Shown here piece by piece: positions 19,308 to 28,923 of a stretch of 64,000 nucleotides of DNA. Made by a program: the position numbers and the translations under genes. The stretch covers positions 33,041-97,040 of the forward strand of contig JAJPJK010000008.1 of NCBI GenBank assembly GCA_021324265.1. Direction: 5' to 3'. The notes under the pieces were generated by a model. The model made no database searches. It was not told where the DNA came from and worked only from the letters and a program-made list of their open reading frames with translations. Each line of letters opens with the position of its first letter. Position 1 is the first letter of the stretch. The DNA is from Thermoproteota archaeon. GTDB taxonomy: Archaea > Thermoproteota > Thermoprotei > Gearchaeales > Gearchaeaceae.

Positions 19308-20462
19308 TTGGGTAAAATACTTCAAGCTTCCTCAATAATCGCATCTAGAACAATTTATGGCCTAAACTGGTATACGATCTCGCCTTTATACTTGGCGATA
19401 GCAAGTGATTTAGCAATAAATTATGGAGAACTAGGAATTGTTGCTATGGCTTTTTTAGCAGGAGCTACGATCTTCCAAATACCTGCAGGAATATTCGCAG
19501 CAAAATTCGGAAATAAACATGTAGCTATTCTAGGAATGCTAATTCTTTCTTGTGCTTCGCTTTTTTCCGGTTTGAGCTGGAACTTTAGCTCCTTGATTGC
19601 AGCTAGATTCATGCTAGGCATTGGCGCTGCATTTTTCTTCTCGCCTTCTTTACATACGCTTAGATTGATATTCGAAAAACGTAGACAAGGCATCGTAGTA
19701 GGAGCATATAATTCGGCATTCAACATTGGAGCGGGTATTGCTCTGCTATCATGGGGAATAATTTCGATGCATATTGGTTGGAGATCTTCTTTGATCTTAG
19801 GAGGTATTCTTGGTCTTATACTGACTGTTGAAAACTACTTTGTTCTTGATGATATAAGGAATGAAAACAGAGCTAGCTTCGGAGAAGTTTTGAAAAACAG
19901 AAATCTAATTACTATAGGAATAGCTACGGCTGGATTTTGGGGCATGAACTATACTCTAACGCAGTTCATTGATTCATATCTTGTAGCATACAAAGCAATA
20001 CCAGAAGTGCTAGCAGGATACACATCATCGATGACACTTCTAGGAGCGATAGCAGGGAATATGCTCATAGGTGAGTTGACTGATAGGAAAGGTAGAAGAA
20101 AGGAAACACTTATCATACTAATCATAATTACAGCTTTGATAACGCTAGCTACACCATTCCTTAATTACTACACACTATGGCCTTATGTGATTGCTCAAGG
20201 ATTCCTTTCAGGTGGTGTTTTTGCGCTCATCTATGCAATAACGATGGACGAGATAGAATTAGATGAAGGACTTAAACCTCTTTCTGCATCAATCATAAAT
20301 TCACTAAATATAGGCATTGGCTCATTTGCATCTCCACTTTACACCTATACGACTAGCTTGATCGCGCCAGATGCAGGATGGTATGCAATCTCAATATTAA
20401 GTTTGGCTTTATTAACACTAATAATAAAAACTAATTTAAAGCACTCAAGACTGCCTGTATAA
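19308..20462 (+). CDS. MFS transporter
   Basis: 12 predicted TM helices. An MFS motif-A-like loop (DRKGRRK) sits between TM8 and TM9. Confidence 0.7.
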   Translation: MGKILQASSIIASRTIYGLNWYTISPLYLAIASDLAINYGELGIVAMAFLAGATIFQIPAGIFAAKFGNKHVAILGMLILSCASLFSGLSWNFSSLIAARFMLGIGAAFFFSPSLHTLRLIFEKRRQGIVVGAYNSAFNIGAGIALLSWGIISMHIGWRSSLILGGILGLILTVENYFVLDDIRNENRASFGEVLKNRNLITIGIATAGFWGMNYTLTQFIDSYLVAYKAIPEVLAGYTSSMTLLGAIAGNMLIGELTDRKGRRKETLIILIIITALITLATPFLNYYTLWPYVIAQGFLSGGVFALIYAITMDEIELDEGLKPLSASIINSLNIGIGSFASPLYTYTTSLIAPDAGWYAISILSLALLTLIIKTNLKHSRLPV

Positions 20463-21105
20463 ATCTATTCTCTGGCTGAGCTCCTAGCAGTTCTACGGAT
20501 TCATTGATTACAATCTTAGGTACTGCTTGAACATCATACTTTATGGCAACCTCTTCGATTTCCCCAACATCTATGATTTCACTCCTAACGTTACCATTCT
20601 CTATAGCAAAGCTGTTAGAAGTCCTCGCAGCTAAAGGACAATAAGGACAGGATAGCGTTATGAGTATCTTGATATTCACAGGCTTATTTATCGAAGCTAG
20701 TTTTTCCTTCGTACTATTGGAGAGTTTAGTTTGAGAATTGGAGAGATTCCTGATTGTTTCTATGAAAACCGTGAATTCATAGCCGCCTGGTATACCAACG
20801 TATCTGATATTCCTTCTTCCTTCTTTTTCCAAGATTACTGTTGGTGCATATTCTACTTCATATTCTTTTGTTTTTTGCAATTCTTCCTCAATCATGTGAT
20901 ATTCGACCTTGACTTTACTTGAATTGGCCTCAATGAGATCTAAAATTACCTTGAGATCTGCGCAATAGTGACACCTTTGAGGATGATCTAAAAAAGCTAC
21001 GAGCTTTACCTCATCTCTCATGTTAGCTAAATTGTTCCTTATATAATCGGCAATTTCTTTGAGCTCTTCCTCTGAAAGATGACCGTGTGCTTCTTCTTCG
21101 GTCAT
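20431..21105 (-). CDS. Protein disulfide oxidoreductase (two thioredoxin-fold units, glutaredoxin-like PDO)
   Basis: Two CxxC sites (CHYC and CPYC) about 110 aa apart, at the size and spacing of hyperthermophile PDOs. Confidence 0.8.
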   Translation of the reverse strand: MTEEEAHGHLSEEELKEIADYIRNNLANMRDEVKLVAFLDHPQRCHYCADLKVILDLIEANSSKVKVEYHMIEEELQKTKEYEVEYAPTVILEKEGRRNIRYVGIPGGYEFTVFIETIRNLSNSQTKLSNSTKEKLASINKPVNIKILITLSCPYCPLAARTSNSFAIENGNVRSEIIDVGEIEEVAIKYDVQAVPKIVINESVELLGAQPENRFIQAVLSALN

Positions 21106-21137
21106 GATAAAGAAATTGATTTATCTTATTTATATGT

Positions 21138-22115
21138 TTAGAGTAAAATCCCAAAATTTTTTAGAACTAAAGCTAAAAGAAGACCTAAAACAAAGAATAT
21201 ACCGAAAAACCTATTAAGCCACAATGAAGCTGCTACATACCAGATCTTCTTCTCATGTGATAGATAATACTTTGAGAATGCGAAATAAAATGGAATCGTT
21301 AAAAAAATGATCGAAGTCGTAAGTGGTAATAGCCTAAGTACTATAAAAATCATGATGAAAATGTAAGATAGCAGACCAATGAATATCGATACTTTCTTAG
21401 CGTTCTCAATACCTATCACAACAGGCAACGTCTTTACGCCGAGTTTTTTATCGCTTTCATACTTGTCTATGTGCTTTCCAAAGAGGATTAACATGACCAT
21501 GAGCGCATAAGGTATCGAAATTAAAAACACATTTAAGTCAAGTGAACCCGTGATTGCGAAATAACTCCCCCCAACCATGAGCGGGCCCCAAACAATAAAT
21601 GTTGAAATCTCACCTAGCGCAATGTACTTAAGCTTAGGCCCTGCTTGATAGGCATAACCGAAGAATATGCCTAATAAAGTGAACACAACAATTAAGGGAC
21701 CTCTGATCATTGCAAGATAAGCTGCAAACGTAGCTGCAATAACATAGTGAATAATGATCATGTTTATTAACCCCCTTTCTGAGACCAAACCGTCCAATAT
21801 GGGATGTGGCATATACTGTGCTCTGAAGTAGCTTTTACTATCTAAACCATTCTTATAATCGAAATAGTCATTCAACAGATCTGCACCACTATGGGCAAGC
21901 AGCATTCCGAATAAACAAAGCAAAAAAGGTATCAATTCAAAATTATTGGATAAAGCTGCCAATAACCCAGCAATCAAAACAGAGATTACAGTTATTATAT
22001 CTATAACTGCCCTAGTCATTACGAGATATTTTGATAATGGATCCCAAGAATTAATATCGCCCTCTACCTGACCTCGCCACATAATATTGATCCATCTTTT
22101 CACTGGAATAGACAT
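21138..22115 (-). CDS. ctaB: UbiA-family prenyltransferase, likely heme O synthase (protoheme IX farnesyltransferase) given the oxidase context
   Basis: Polytopic protein with an Asp-rich motif LNDYFDYKNGLD (NDxxDxxxD). It sits directly downstream of the oxidase subunit I/II genes. Confidence 0.65.
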   Translation of the reverse strand: MSIPVKRWINIMWRGQVEGDINSWDPLSKYLVMTRAVIDIITVISVLIAGLLAALSNNFELIPFLLCLFGMLLAHSGADLLNDYFDYKNGLDSKSYFRAQYMPHPILDGLVSERGLINMIIIHYVIAATFAAYLAMIRGPLIVVFTLLGIFFGYAYQAGPKLKYIALGEISTFIVWGPLMVGGSYFAITGSLDLNVFLISIPYALMVMLILFGKHIDKYESDKKLGVKTLPVVIGIENAKKVSIFIGLLSYIFIMIFIVLRLLPLTTSIIFLTIPFYFAFSKYYLSHEKKIWYVAASLWLNRFFGIFFVLGLLLALVLKNFGILL

Positions 22116-22179
22116 TCCAAAAAATTAATCAGAATGATAAATTTTAAACTATCCTAACATAAAAAAATTCTTATTGAAC

Positions 22180-23832
22180 TTAATAGAGCTCTGGCATCGT
22201 TTCAAGTCTCCAGTAAGACAAGAAATACACTGTAAGCAATATCGCAACCACAATTATGCAAATCGCTAAAGCTCCTCGCTTACTTATGCTTGCTTCATTC
22301 TTGACTTCAAAGCTAGTTATCATCCCATCGAATAAATTTCCTCCCTTTTTGCCTGTGAAAATCGTTACTGCCACATTCAATATGAAAAGAACGCCACCAG
22401 CTATAGCCAAACCTGCACCTAATAAAATTAAAGGCGTTAATGACCAAGCAGGAAGAAGATCGCTTGGATTGATGAAATCCCTCCTTGGATCACCATTGAT
22501 GCCGAGAATCGTCATAACTAAGCCTAGAATTATTATACCGATTCCAAATAGGAAAATTTGGAGCTTTGCTAATTTAGTACTATAGAGCCTTCTTGAAGTC
22601 AGGATAGGTAGAGCGTAGTAAATGAAGGCCATGAATGCCAGCGTTGTCCCCCCTGCTACCATGAGATGGAAGTGTCCTGGTACCCAGAGCGTATTATGAT
22701 AGTTTAGATTTGGTTGAAGTGTTGTTTGAGGTTGGGCGGTTATACCTCCTATACCCATAGATATGAGAGCAAACAATGTAGCAGCAATTGCAGGATTCGT
22801 CCAAGGTATTCTCCTCAGCCAACCAAAGAGGCTTGTATGCCCAGATGCTCTTATAGTTGCTTCGAGTGCTCCCGTCAAAGCGAAAGCGTGTAAAAGCGTT
22901 GGAACAGATAAGAAATGGGAACCGACGCTACCTGATGCTTGCTTCAGCACTGTTGAGAAGCCGGGATCAACTAGTATATGATGACCTATGCCAGGTATTA
23001 CGAAAAGTGCAGCTAAGGCGAAGGCAACTTTTGCATATCTCTCATTGATGAACTTAGCAGCTGTTAAACCTGTTCCAATAGCTAACAATGCATATAAAAC
23101 GGCGATCGTTGCTACCACGTTTACATATTGCGCATCATGACCTAGGCCCCAGAAGAACCATCGGTATGCCATAACATTCATACTTGTCAAACCCAATCTC
23201 CAAGCAAGTGTGTAAATAAGTGTTAAAGCGCCTTGAAAAACTACTGTTAAAGCTATGATGCCGGCTATCGCTGCACCCCAAGTCACTAATGGTAATGAAC
23301 CTTTATAGGCTTCATTTATCTTCGCATAATATATAGTCAAAAAGAACAATACGACCGCAATACCTGCACCGAAAACAAAAATAGCATACCCTATGTAAAA
23401 GAGATCATTCGCTGCCAAAGGAGGATAAGCTGTGAATAATACATCAGCATTGCCTGTAAGAATTGAATATTCAACCGTTATCTGACCATAAAGCATCGCA
23501 GCAAAAGCGAACCATGCTATGCGATATCCATAAATCGGATAATTGAGCAGTACAGAAGAAGCGAAATATAATATGGCTATTTCTGCCCAAAGTATCCAGA
23601 AAATTAGCATGTTCATTCCATGAAATGTTAACCACTGATAATAATTGATGTTGTTGATACCAAGGAAATTTATAAGTGAAGGTACTGCTGATCTTCCTGA
23701 CGCAACGAAAATTGCAGCAATGCCTCCTATGCTTATCGATATTAATGCAAGTATTAAATTAGCTATTATGAGATGCTTAGTAGTTCTATAAATCTTAAGA
23801 CCTCCAAAGCTTGAGACCTCGTAGTCGCTCAT
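22180..23832 (-). CDS. Heme-copper oxidase subunit I
   Basis: 12 or more TM helices, and the conserved His ligand motifs HHILV and GHFHLMVAGG. Confidence 0.85.
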   Translation of the reverse strand: MSDYEVSSFGGLKIYRTTKHLIIANLILALISISIGGIAAIFVASGRSAVPSLINFLGINNINYYQWLTFHGMNMLIFWILWAEIAILYFASSVLLNYPIYGYRIAWFAFAAMLYGQITVEYSILTGNADVLFTAYPPLAANDLFYIGYAIFVFGAGIAVVLFFLTIYYAKINEAYKGSLPLVTWGAAIAGIIALTVVFQGALTLIYTLAWRLGLTSMNVMAYRWFFWGLGHDAQYVNVVATIAVLYALLAIGTGLTAAKFINERYAKVAFALAALFVIPGIGHHILVDPGFSTVLKQASGSVGSHFLSVPTLLHAFALTGALEATIRASGHTSLFGWLRRIPWTNPAIAATLFALISMGIGGITAQPQTTLQPNLNYHNTLWVPGHFHLMVAGGTTLAFMAFIYYALPILTSRRLYSTKLAKLQIFLFGIGIIILGLVMTILGINGDPRRDFINPSDLLPAWSLTPLILLGAGLAIAGGVLFILNVAVTIFTGKKGGNLFDGMITSFEVKNEASISKRGALAICIIVVAILLTVYFLSYWRLETMPELY

Positions 23833-24347
23833 GCTACCACCTCAATCACCATCCTCATACTTCCATGACCATAACCGCAGTATTCACTACATATTACATA
23901 GTATGTTCCAGCGTTTTTGAAGTTCATAGTGAAAACATATTCCATTCCTGGCATTACCATAATGCTATATACAGTTCCGTTGCCTACTATCGTGAAACCA
24001 TGAATAACATCTAGGCTTCCTAAATGGAACCTATAATCAACACCTTTCTTTAGCACAAGCGTAGAAATAGACCAAAAATATTGTTGAGCTGCAATATAAA
24101 TATCAGTATTCGGAGGGACCAATTTTCCATTATAAATACTTGAGAAGTTATTTGCGATTTCTTTATATGCTGTAGGATTAAATTCTCTAGCGGAGCTAGG
24201 AACTTCATGCTTGGGGTCAATTAGAGGCCAACTTAACGTTGTTGCGGCAAGTATAATAGCTACAGCCAAGGCTATTGCGATCCATATTTTTTCTTGTTTA
24301 CTGAATTCCTTATACCATTCCTCAACTGGTTTAGGTATGAGCGGCAT
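23829..24347 (-). CDS. Heme-copper oxidase subunit II (cupredoxin, CuA-type)
   Basis: N-terminal TM anchor, then the CuA motif H...CSEYCGYGHGSM. Confidence 0.85.
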   Translation of the reverse strand: MPLIPKPVEEWYKEFSKQEKIWIAIALAVAIILAATTLSWPLIDPKHEVPSSAREFNPTAYKEIANNFSSIYNGKLVPPNTDIYIAAQQYFWSISTLVLKKGVDYRFHLGSLDVIHGFTIVGNGTVYSIMVMPGMEYVFTMNFKNAGTYYVICSEYCGYGHGSMRMVIEVVA

Positions 24348-24349
24348 GA

Positions 24350-24496
24350 TTATGGATGGTGAGGCGATAAGCTAATACCATGCATTCCCATGACCTCAAA
24401 CAATACCCAAATACCATAGAATGCCATGATGCTGAAGGCCAACATTCCCCATAGCCATAAGTTATCCAACAAACTGGTCTTAACTCGTTTGCTCAT
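24350..24496 (-). CDS. Small (48 aa) single-TM protein encoded immediately upstream of oxidase subunit II, a possible small oxidase subunit; not in the ORF track
   Basis: Manual translation of the minus strand gives MSKRVKTSLLDNLWLWGMLAFSIMAFYGIWVLFEVMGMHGISLSPHHP. Its stop lies 3 nt before the coxII start, so it is operonic. Confidence 0.4.
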   Translation of the reverse strand: MSKRVKTSLLDNLWLWGMLAFSIMAFYGIWVLFEVMGMHGISLSPHHP

Positions 24497-24714
24497 TGAA
24501 GAAATAAATTAAAATATAATTATATTTTTTATCCCGAAATAATAAGGATATTTTAATGAATATATTAAAATATATATCAATATTTTTGTATATAAAATCA
24601 CCATCTTAAAAGTATATAGTAATCCCGAATCATAATATTTTATAAGACTTCTAAGCACTTAATTCGCAAGACTTAACCAAGAAATTCTTTTACCGAGAAA
24701 AAGAAAAATAAAAT

Positions 24715-25710
24715 GTGGCAAAGACAGCTATACATGCTGAAGATCTTGTAAAAATTTATGCAAACAACTTCAAGGCGCTTAATGGTATAAGCCTAAGTGT
24801 TGAAGACGGTAAAACTTTTGCTTTAGTAGGCCCCAATGGCGCTGGAAAGACAACACTGATAAGAATACTAACGACACAAATAAGACCAAGTTCAGGGAAT
24901 GCATTCGTAGAGGATTTAAATGTTCTAACACAAGACGATGAAATAAGAAGAATCATAAGCTATGTGCCACAAGAAATAAGCGTTTGGACAGATCTTAGCG
25001 GATATGAAAATTTGCTCATCTATGCGAAAATATTCGGTATTCAAAAAGAAGAAAGGAAAAAGAGAATTGATGAGGTCCTAAACAAGATGGGTCTTTATTC
25101 TGTTAAGGATGAAATGGTTCGCTACTACTCAGGTGGAATGATGAGAAGGTTGGAAATAGCATGTGCACTTTTGACCAAGCCAAGGATTCTATTCTTAGAT
25201 GAACCAACAATAGGTTTAGATCCTGCAGCAAGGAAGGTCGTTTGGGATGAATTGAAAAGTTTCAAGGAAGAATACGGTATCACGATCTTTTTCACAACGC
25301 ATTATATGGATGAAGCTGATATGTATGCTGACGAAATTGCACTTATAAACAGAGGCGAGCTGATAAAGAAAGGAAATCCTGAAGAATTGAAAGGCTTGAT
25401 TGGTGGTGAAATAATTCAGTTGGAATTAGATGGATATGATGAGGAGATCCTCTACAAGATCAGAGAGTTGGATTTCGTTAATGAAGTATTCAGAGAAGGA
25501 AATGAAATAAGGATTGTGACCAAAGGTAAAGGCCTTGAGCTTTTTGATTTTTTGGACTTCATTAAAAGACTTGGCATAAAAATAAAGAAGATATCACTGA
25601 AGCAAGTCTCCTTAGACGATGTATTTCTGAAGTACGCAGGCAGTAGCATCGAGGCTAGGGGGCGTGCTGTTGAAGTCGCAAGAGTTAGAAGTAGGATTAG
25701 GAAGGCATGA
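24715..25710 (+). CDS. ABC transporter ATP-binding protein (DrrA/ABC-2 type), GTG start
   Basis: Walker A GPNGAGKTT, signature YSGGMMRR, Walker B LFLDEPT, and a C-terminal accessory domain. Confidence 0.9.
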   Translation: MAKTAIHAEDLVKIYANNFKALNGISLSVEDGKTFALVGPNGAGKTTLIRILTTQIRPSSGNAFVEDLNVLTQDDEIRRIISYVPQEISVWTDLSGYENLLIYAKIFGIQKEERKKRIDEVLNKMGLYSVKDEMVRYYSGGMMRRLEIACALLTKPRILFLDEPTIGLDPAARKVVWDELKSFKEEYGITIFFTTHYMDEADMYADEIALINRGELIKKGNPEELKGLIGGEIIQLELDGYDEEILYKIRELDFVNEVFREGNEIRIVTKGKGLELFDFLDFIKRLGIKIKKISLKQVSLDDVFLKYAGSSIEARGRAVEVARVRSRIRKA

Positions 25711-26474
25711 ACATAATAGAAGTTCTTAGATACATGGGAGTTATGATGGAATTAGAATTCAGGAGAATTATGCACGATAGGACGGAACTATATACAAGAG
25801 CTATTCAGCCCATACTTTGGCTAGTTTTATATGGAACAGTTATGAGTATAGTGAGAGCTATTCCTACAGGAAATGTTTCATATATAGCATATATAACGCC
25901 TGGGATATTGCTTCAATCAACAACTTTCGTGTCTGTATTTTTTGGTCTTCAAATGGTATGGGAAAGAGAATCGGGCGTTTTGAAGAAGCTATTAACCACA
26001 CCTTTACCAAGGTCTTCGATAGTAATTGGAAGATCAATGGCTGCAGGAATAAGATCTCTATTCCAGATTTTATTGATTGTACCAGTAGCTATGCTATTGG
26101 GCGTTCAGTTCATCAATGTTGCGTTCTTTATTCTATCAGTCCTCATTATATTTCTTGTTTCAGGCGGTTTTGCATCATTATCTATTATCATTGCATCCTT
26201 CATGAAGACAAGAGAAAGATTTATGGGTATAGGGCAAGCCATTACCATGCCACTTTTTTTCGCAAGCAATGCGCTTTATCCTGTAGAACTTATGCCTAAG
26301 GCGATACAGTACTTTGCGTATTTCAATCCTATGAGCTATGCAGTAAGTGCTACGAGAGCTTTGATGATAACAGGCGATTTATCTACATTACTATTTGATA
26401 TTTTAGCGATAATGATTTTCGACATTATCATTTTCATATTTGCTTCATTAGCTTTCAAAAGGATAATAGAATAG
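25707..26474 (+). CDS. ABC-2 family transporter permease
   Basis: Six TM helices, overlapping and coupled to the upstream ATPase, with an ABC-2-type topology. Confidence 0.8.
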   Translation: MNIIEVLRYMGVMMELEFRRIMHDRTELYTRAIQPILWLVLYGTVMSIVRAIPTGNVSYIAYITPGILLQSTTFVSVFFGLQMVWERESGVLKKLLTTPLPRSSIVIGRSMAAGIRSLFQILLIVPVAMLLGVQFINVAFFILSVLIIFLVSGGFASLSIIIASFMKTRERFMGIGQAITMPLFFASNALYPVELMPKAIQYFAYFNPMSYAVSATRALMITGDLSTLLFDILAIMIFDIIIFIFASLAFKRIIE

Positions 26475-26514
26475 ATTAACCTTTTATTTTCTATTTTTTT
26501 AATAAGTATAGAGA

Positions 26515-27468
26515 ATGGAAAATCGTAGCTCAACGATTCTCGAGACTCAAATAAGCATCCTTGCTTCACTAATCCAGGAAAGAAGCTCAAAAGATGATAA
26601 GATCATACCGACGCTCAATCCCATTTTAGGCATATCTTATAAAATAGGTGAAATAGATTTTTCCTATGAACAGATTAAAGATTTAGAAGAAAAAGGTCTA
26701 CTTCAAAGGATAGGCTTGAAATCTTTCGTAGCATGCCCAATATGCAGCTCAATAATTGTTAATTTAAATCTTGTCTGTCCAAATTGTAAAAATCAATCTC
26801 TTGAAAGAAAAGAATTCATAATACACTATGAATGCAATTACATCGATGAAATGTCGAAGTTTCTAAAAGATGAAGAGCTTACATGTCCTAAATGTAAAAA
26901 GTCATTGAAAAAAGTGGGGATCGATTATGGTAAACCTGGCAAGTTGTATAAATGCAGCAGTTGTGGAGAAATTTCGCAGTATCCATTAGTGGTAATAACA
27001 TGTTTTAATAATCATATATCCAAGATAGATGAAGCCGAATTGATATCATACCCTATTTATAGGATATCATCATCACAGTTATCTTCTACCACGCTTGAAG
27101 TAATAAAAATTTTAAATCAATACTTTTTACAAAGCTATCCTAATTTGAAAGTTGAGAGTCCAAAAACTATTTACCTAAATCCTAAGGAAAAATATATGAT
27201 CCCATTATATATTTCTGATACCTACACTAATAAAAAAATCTATATTGACTTTATAAATAACGAGAAAGAATTTGAAGAAAAAGCATTAAAACTATTGAAA
27301 ATTGCTTTACTTGATAATGCTAAAATTATAGTTGTAATAAATAATTATACTATAGATCCTGATTTATTTGATCCAAAAAGAATTAGATTACTTAATATTT
27401 ATAGTAAAAATATTGAAGAAATATCAAAATTATTAATCAATGAAATAGAAAAGATTCTTAAACAGTGA
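26515..27468 (+). CDS. Cytosolic wHTH-like plus tandem zinc-ribbon protein (copy 1), partner of the membrane GT2 synthase
   Basis: No TM helices. The N-terminal ...LEEKGLLQRIGLKSF looks like a winged-helix recognition region. Four Cys pairs (CPICSS, CPNCKN, CPKCKK, CSSCGE) and conserved blocks HYECNYI, VGIDYGKPGKLYKC and NNHIxKIDEAE are present. Its stop overlaps the GT2 start (27465/27468). Confidence 0.55.
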   Translation: MENRSSTILETQISILASLIQERSSKDDKIIPTLNPILGISYKIGEIDFSYEQIKDLEEKGLLQRIGLKSFVACPICSSIIVNLNLVCPNCKNQSLERKEFIIHYECNYIDEMSKFLKDEELTCPKCKKSLKKVGIDYGKPGKLYKCSSCGEISQYPLVVITCFNNHISKIDEAELISYPIYRISSSQLSSTTLEVIKILNQYFLQSYPNLKVESPKTIYLNPKEKYMIPLYISDTYTNKKIYIDFINNEKEFEEKALKLLKIALLDNAKIIVVINNYTIDPDLFDPKRIRLLNIYSKNIEEISKLLINEIEKILKQ

Positions 27469-28799
27469 ATCTTAGGAGAATTATCTACTTTTCAATTTTA
27501 TTAGTTTTAATTATTTTCTCTATGCTTTTTCTATTAAGACAATTTTTGGTATTTCTTGCTTATACTATTACTATAGTTTACACTATTTGGGGAATTTATC
27601 ATCTCATTTTATTCTTTTATGGACTTGGAGAACCGTTTGAACCAAAAAACAAATCTAGTCTACCTAAAATCTCTGTAATAATACCTTCTAGAAATGAGCC
27701 AATACTAGGCAGAACGATTGAAACAATTGTTCAACATGTGGATTATCCACTAAACAAAAAGGAAATTGTGGTCGTTACAGAAGACCCTCTTAGTGAAAGG
27801 ATTGCTTTCTGGTATCAACAGTCATACCCAAATGTGGTAAAGCTTCTAATGAGAAAAGAATTTTTCCCAACGAAACCTAGCGCGCTAAATGATGCTTTCC
27901 ATTTTACAACAGGTGATATTGTAGGCATCGTAGATGTTGAAGATATTTTAGAAAGAGATGCTTTTAAAAAAATCTCCAGTGCAATGGAAGGTCATGGTTT
28001 TGATATTGTTCAAGCATTGCTCAGAATCTCAAATGAAAATGACAGCTGGATAACAAAAATTTTCGCAATGGAATATGCGGGATGGTTTAGAATAATGTTG
28101 AATGGAAGAAGTAAACTCGGTTTATATACGCCTCTCGGAGGTACTGGCAACTATTTCAGAAGGAATTTGATAGGATATGTTGGAGCTTGGAATCCAATAA
28201 ATTTAACTGAAGATGCAGAGATTACAGTGCGTTTCGTTTTAGCACAACGTAAAGTGGTGGTAATAAACGTGCGTCAATGGGAAGAAGCACCAGTAACTTT
28301 CAAAGCTTGGTTAAAGCAAAGGACAAGATGGTTTAGAGGTTGGTTGCAAACGTTATGGAGCTATTCTGGTTTAATTTTTAAACCTTGGGCCGTAAGGAGA
28401 ATCGGCTTTTTCACTTTATTCAGCACGATTGTAATGCTAATTGCTCCTCTTCTTGTTGTTTTCAATTGGGTTGCTTATTCTTTAACAATTTTTTGGCTGT
28501 TAGAGGCATATGACATCCTTCATACTCGTCTAATGTCGGGTACATTTCCTTCGTTTGCATTCTTTCCTTTACTTTTCAACTTTCTATACTATTTGATTTG
28601 GCTTTATGGTGCTAAACTCGAGAAAATAGGAAAGAAAAACTATCTCTATTTACCACACATGATATTCTATATGAACTTCATGATGCCCCTTGCAAGCCTA
28701 AGAGCACTCTATCAAGAGATATTCAAACCCATATCTTGGGAAAAAACTGAACACCCAGGAAGAGGTGTCAGGTGGGTGGTAACAGAAAAAAATAAATAA
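27465..28799 (+). CDS. Processive membrane glycosyltransferase family 2 (PgaC/NodC/hyaluronan/cellulose-synthase-like), copy 1
   Basis: Two N-terminal TM helices, a GT-A domain with VDVEDI (DxD), TED, the QxxRW motif QRTRWFRGW, and four to five C-terminal TM helices. About 444 aa. Confidence 0.8.
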   Translation: MNLRRIIYFSILLVLIIFSMLFLLRQFLVFLAYTITIVYTIWGIYHLILFFYGLGEPFEPKNKSSLPKISVIIPSRNEPILGRTIETIVQHVDYPLNKKEIVVVTEDPLSERIAFWYQQSYPNVVKLLMRKEFFPTKPSALNDAFHFTTGDIVGIVDVEDILERDAFKKISSAMEGHGFDIVQALLRISNENDSWITKIFAMEYAGWFRIMLNGRSKLGLYTPLGGTGNYFRRNLIGYVGAWNPINLTEDAEITVRFVLAQRKVVVINVRQWEEAPVTFKAWLKQRTRWFRGWLQTLWSYSGLIFKPWAVRRIGFFTLFSTIVMLIAPLLVVFNWVAYSLTIFWLLEAYDILHTRLMSGTFPSFAFFPLLFNFLYYLIWLYGAKLEKIGKKNYLYLPHMIFYMNFMMPLASLRALYQEIFKPISWEKTEHPGRGVRWVVTEKNK

Positions 28800-28923
28800 T
28801 AAAATATTTTTTATTTTAGCCTGTAAAAATTAATTATTATCTTTCTTTGATACTATATCAATAGCTACAAAAATAATTTTAGATAACACATATAAAACTC
28901 GGGAAATAAATCTATATGGAATG

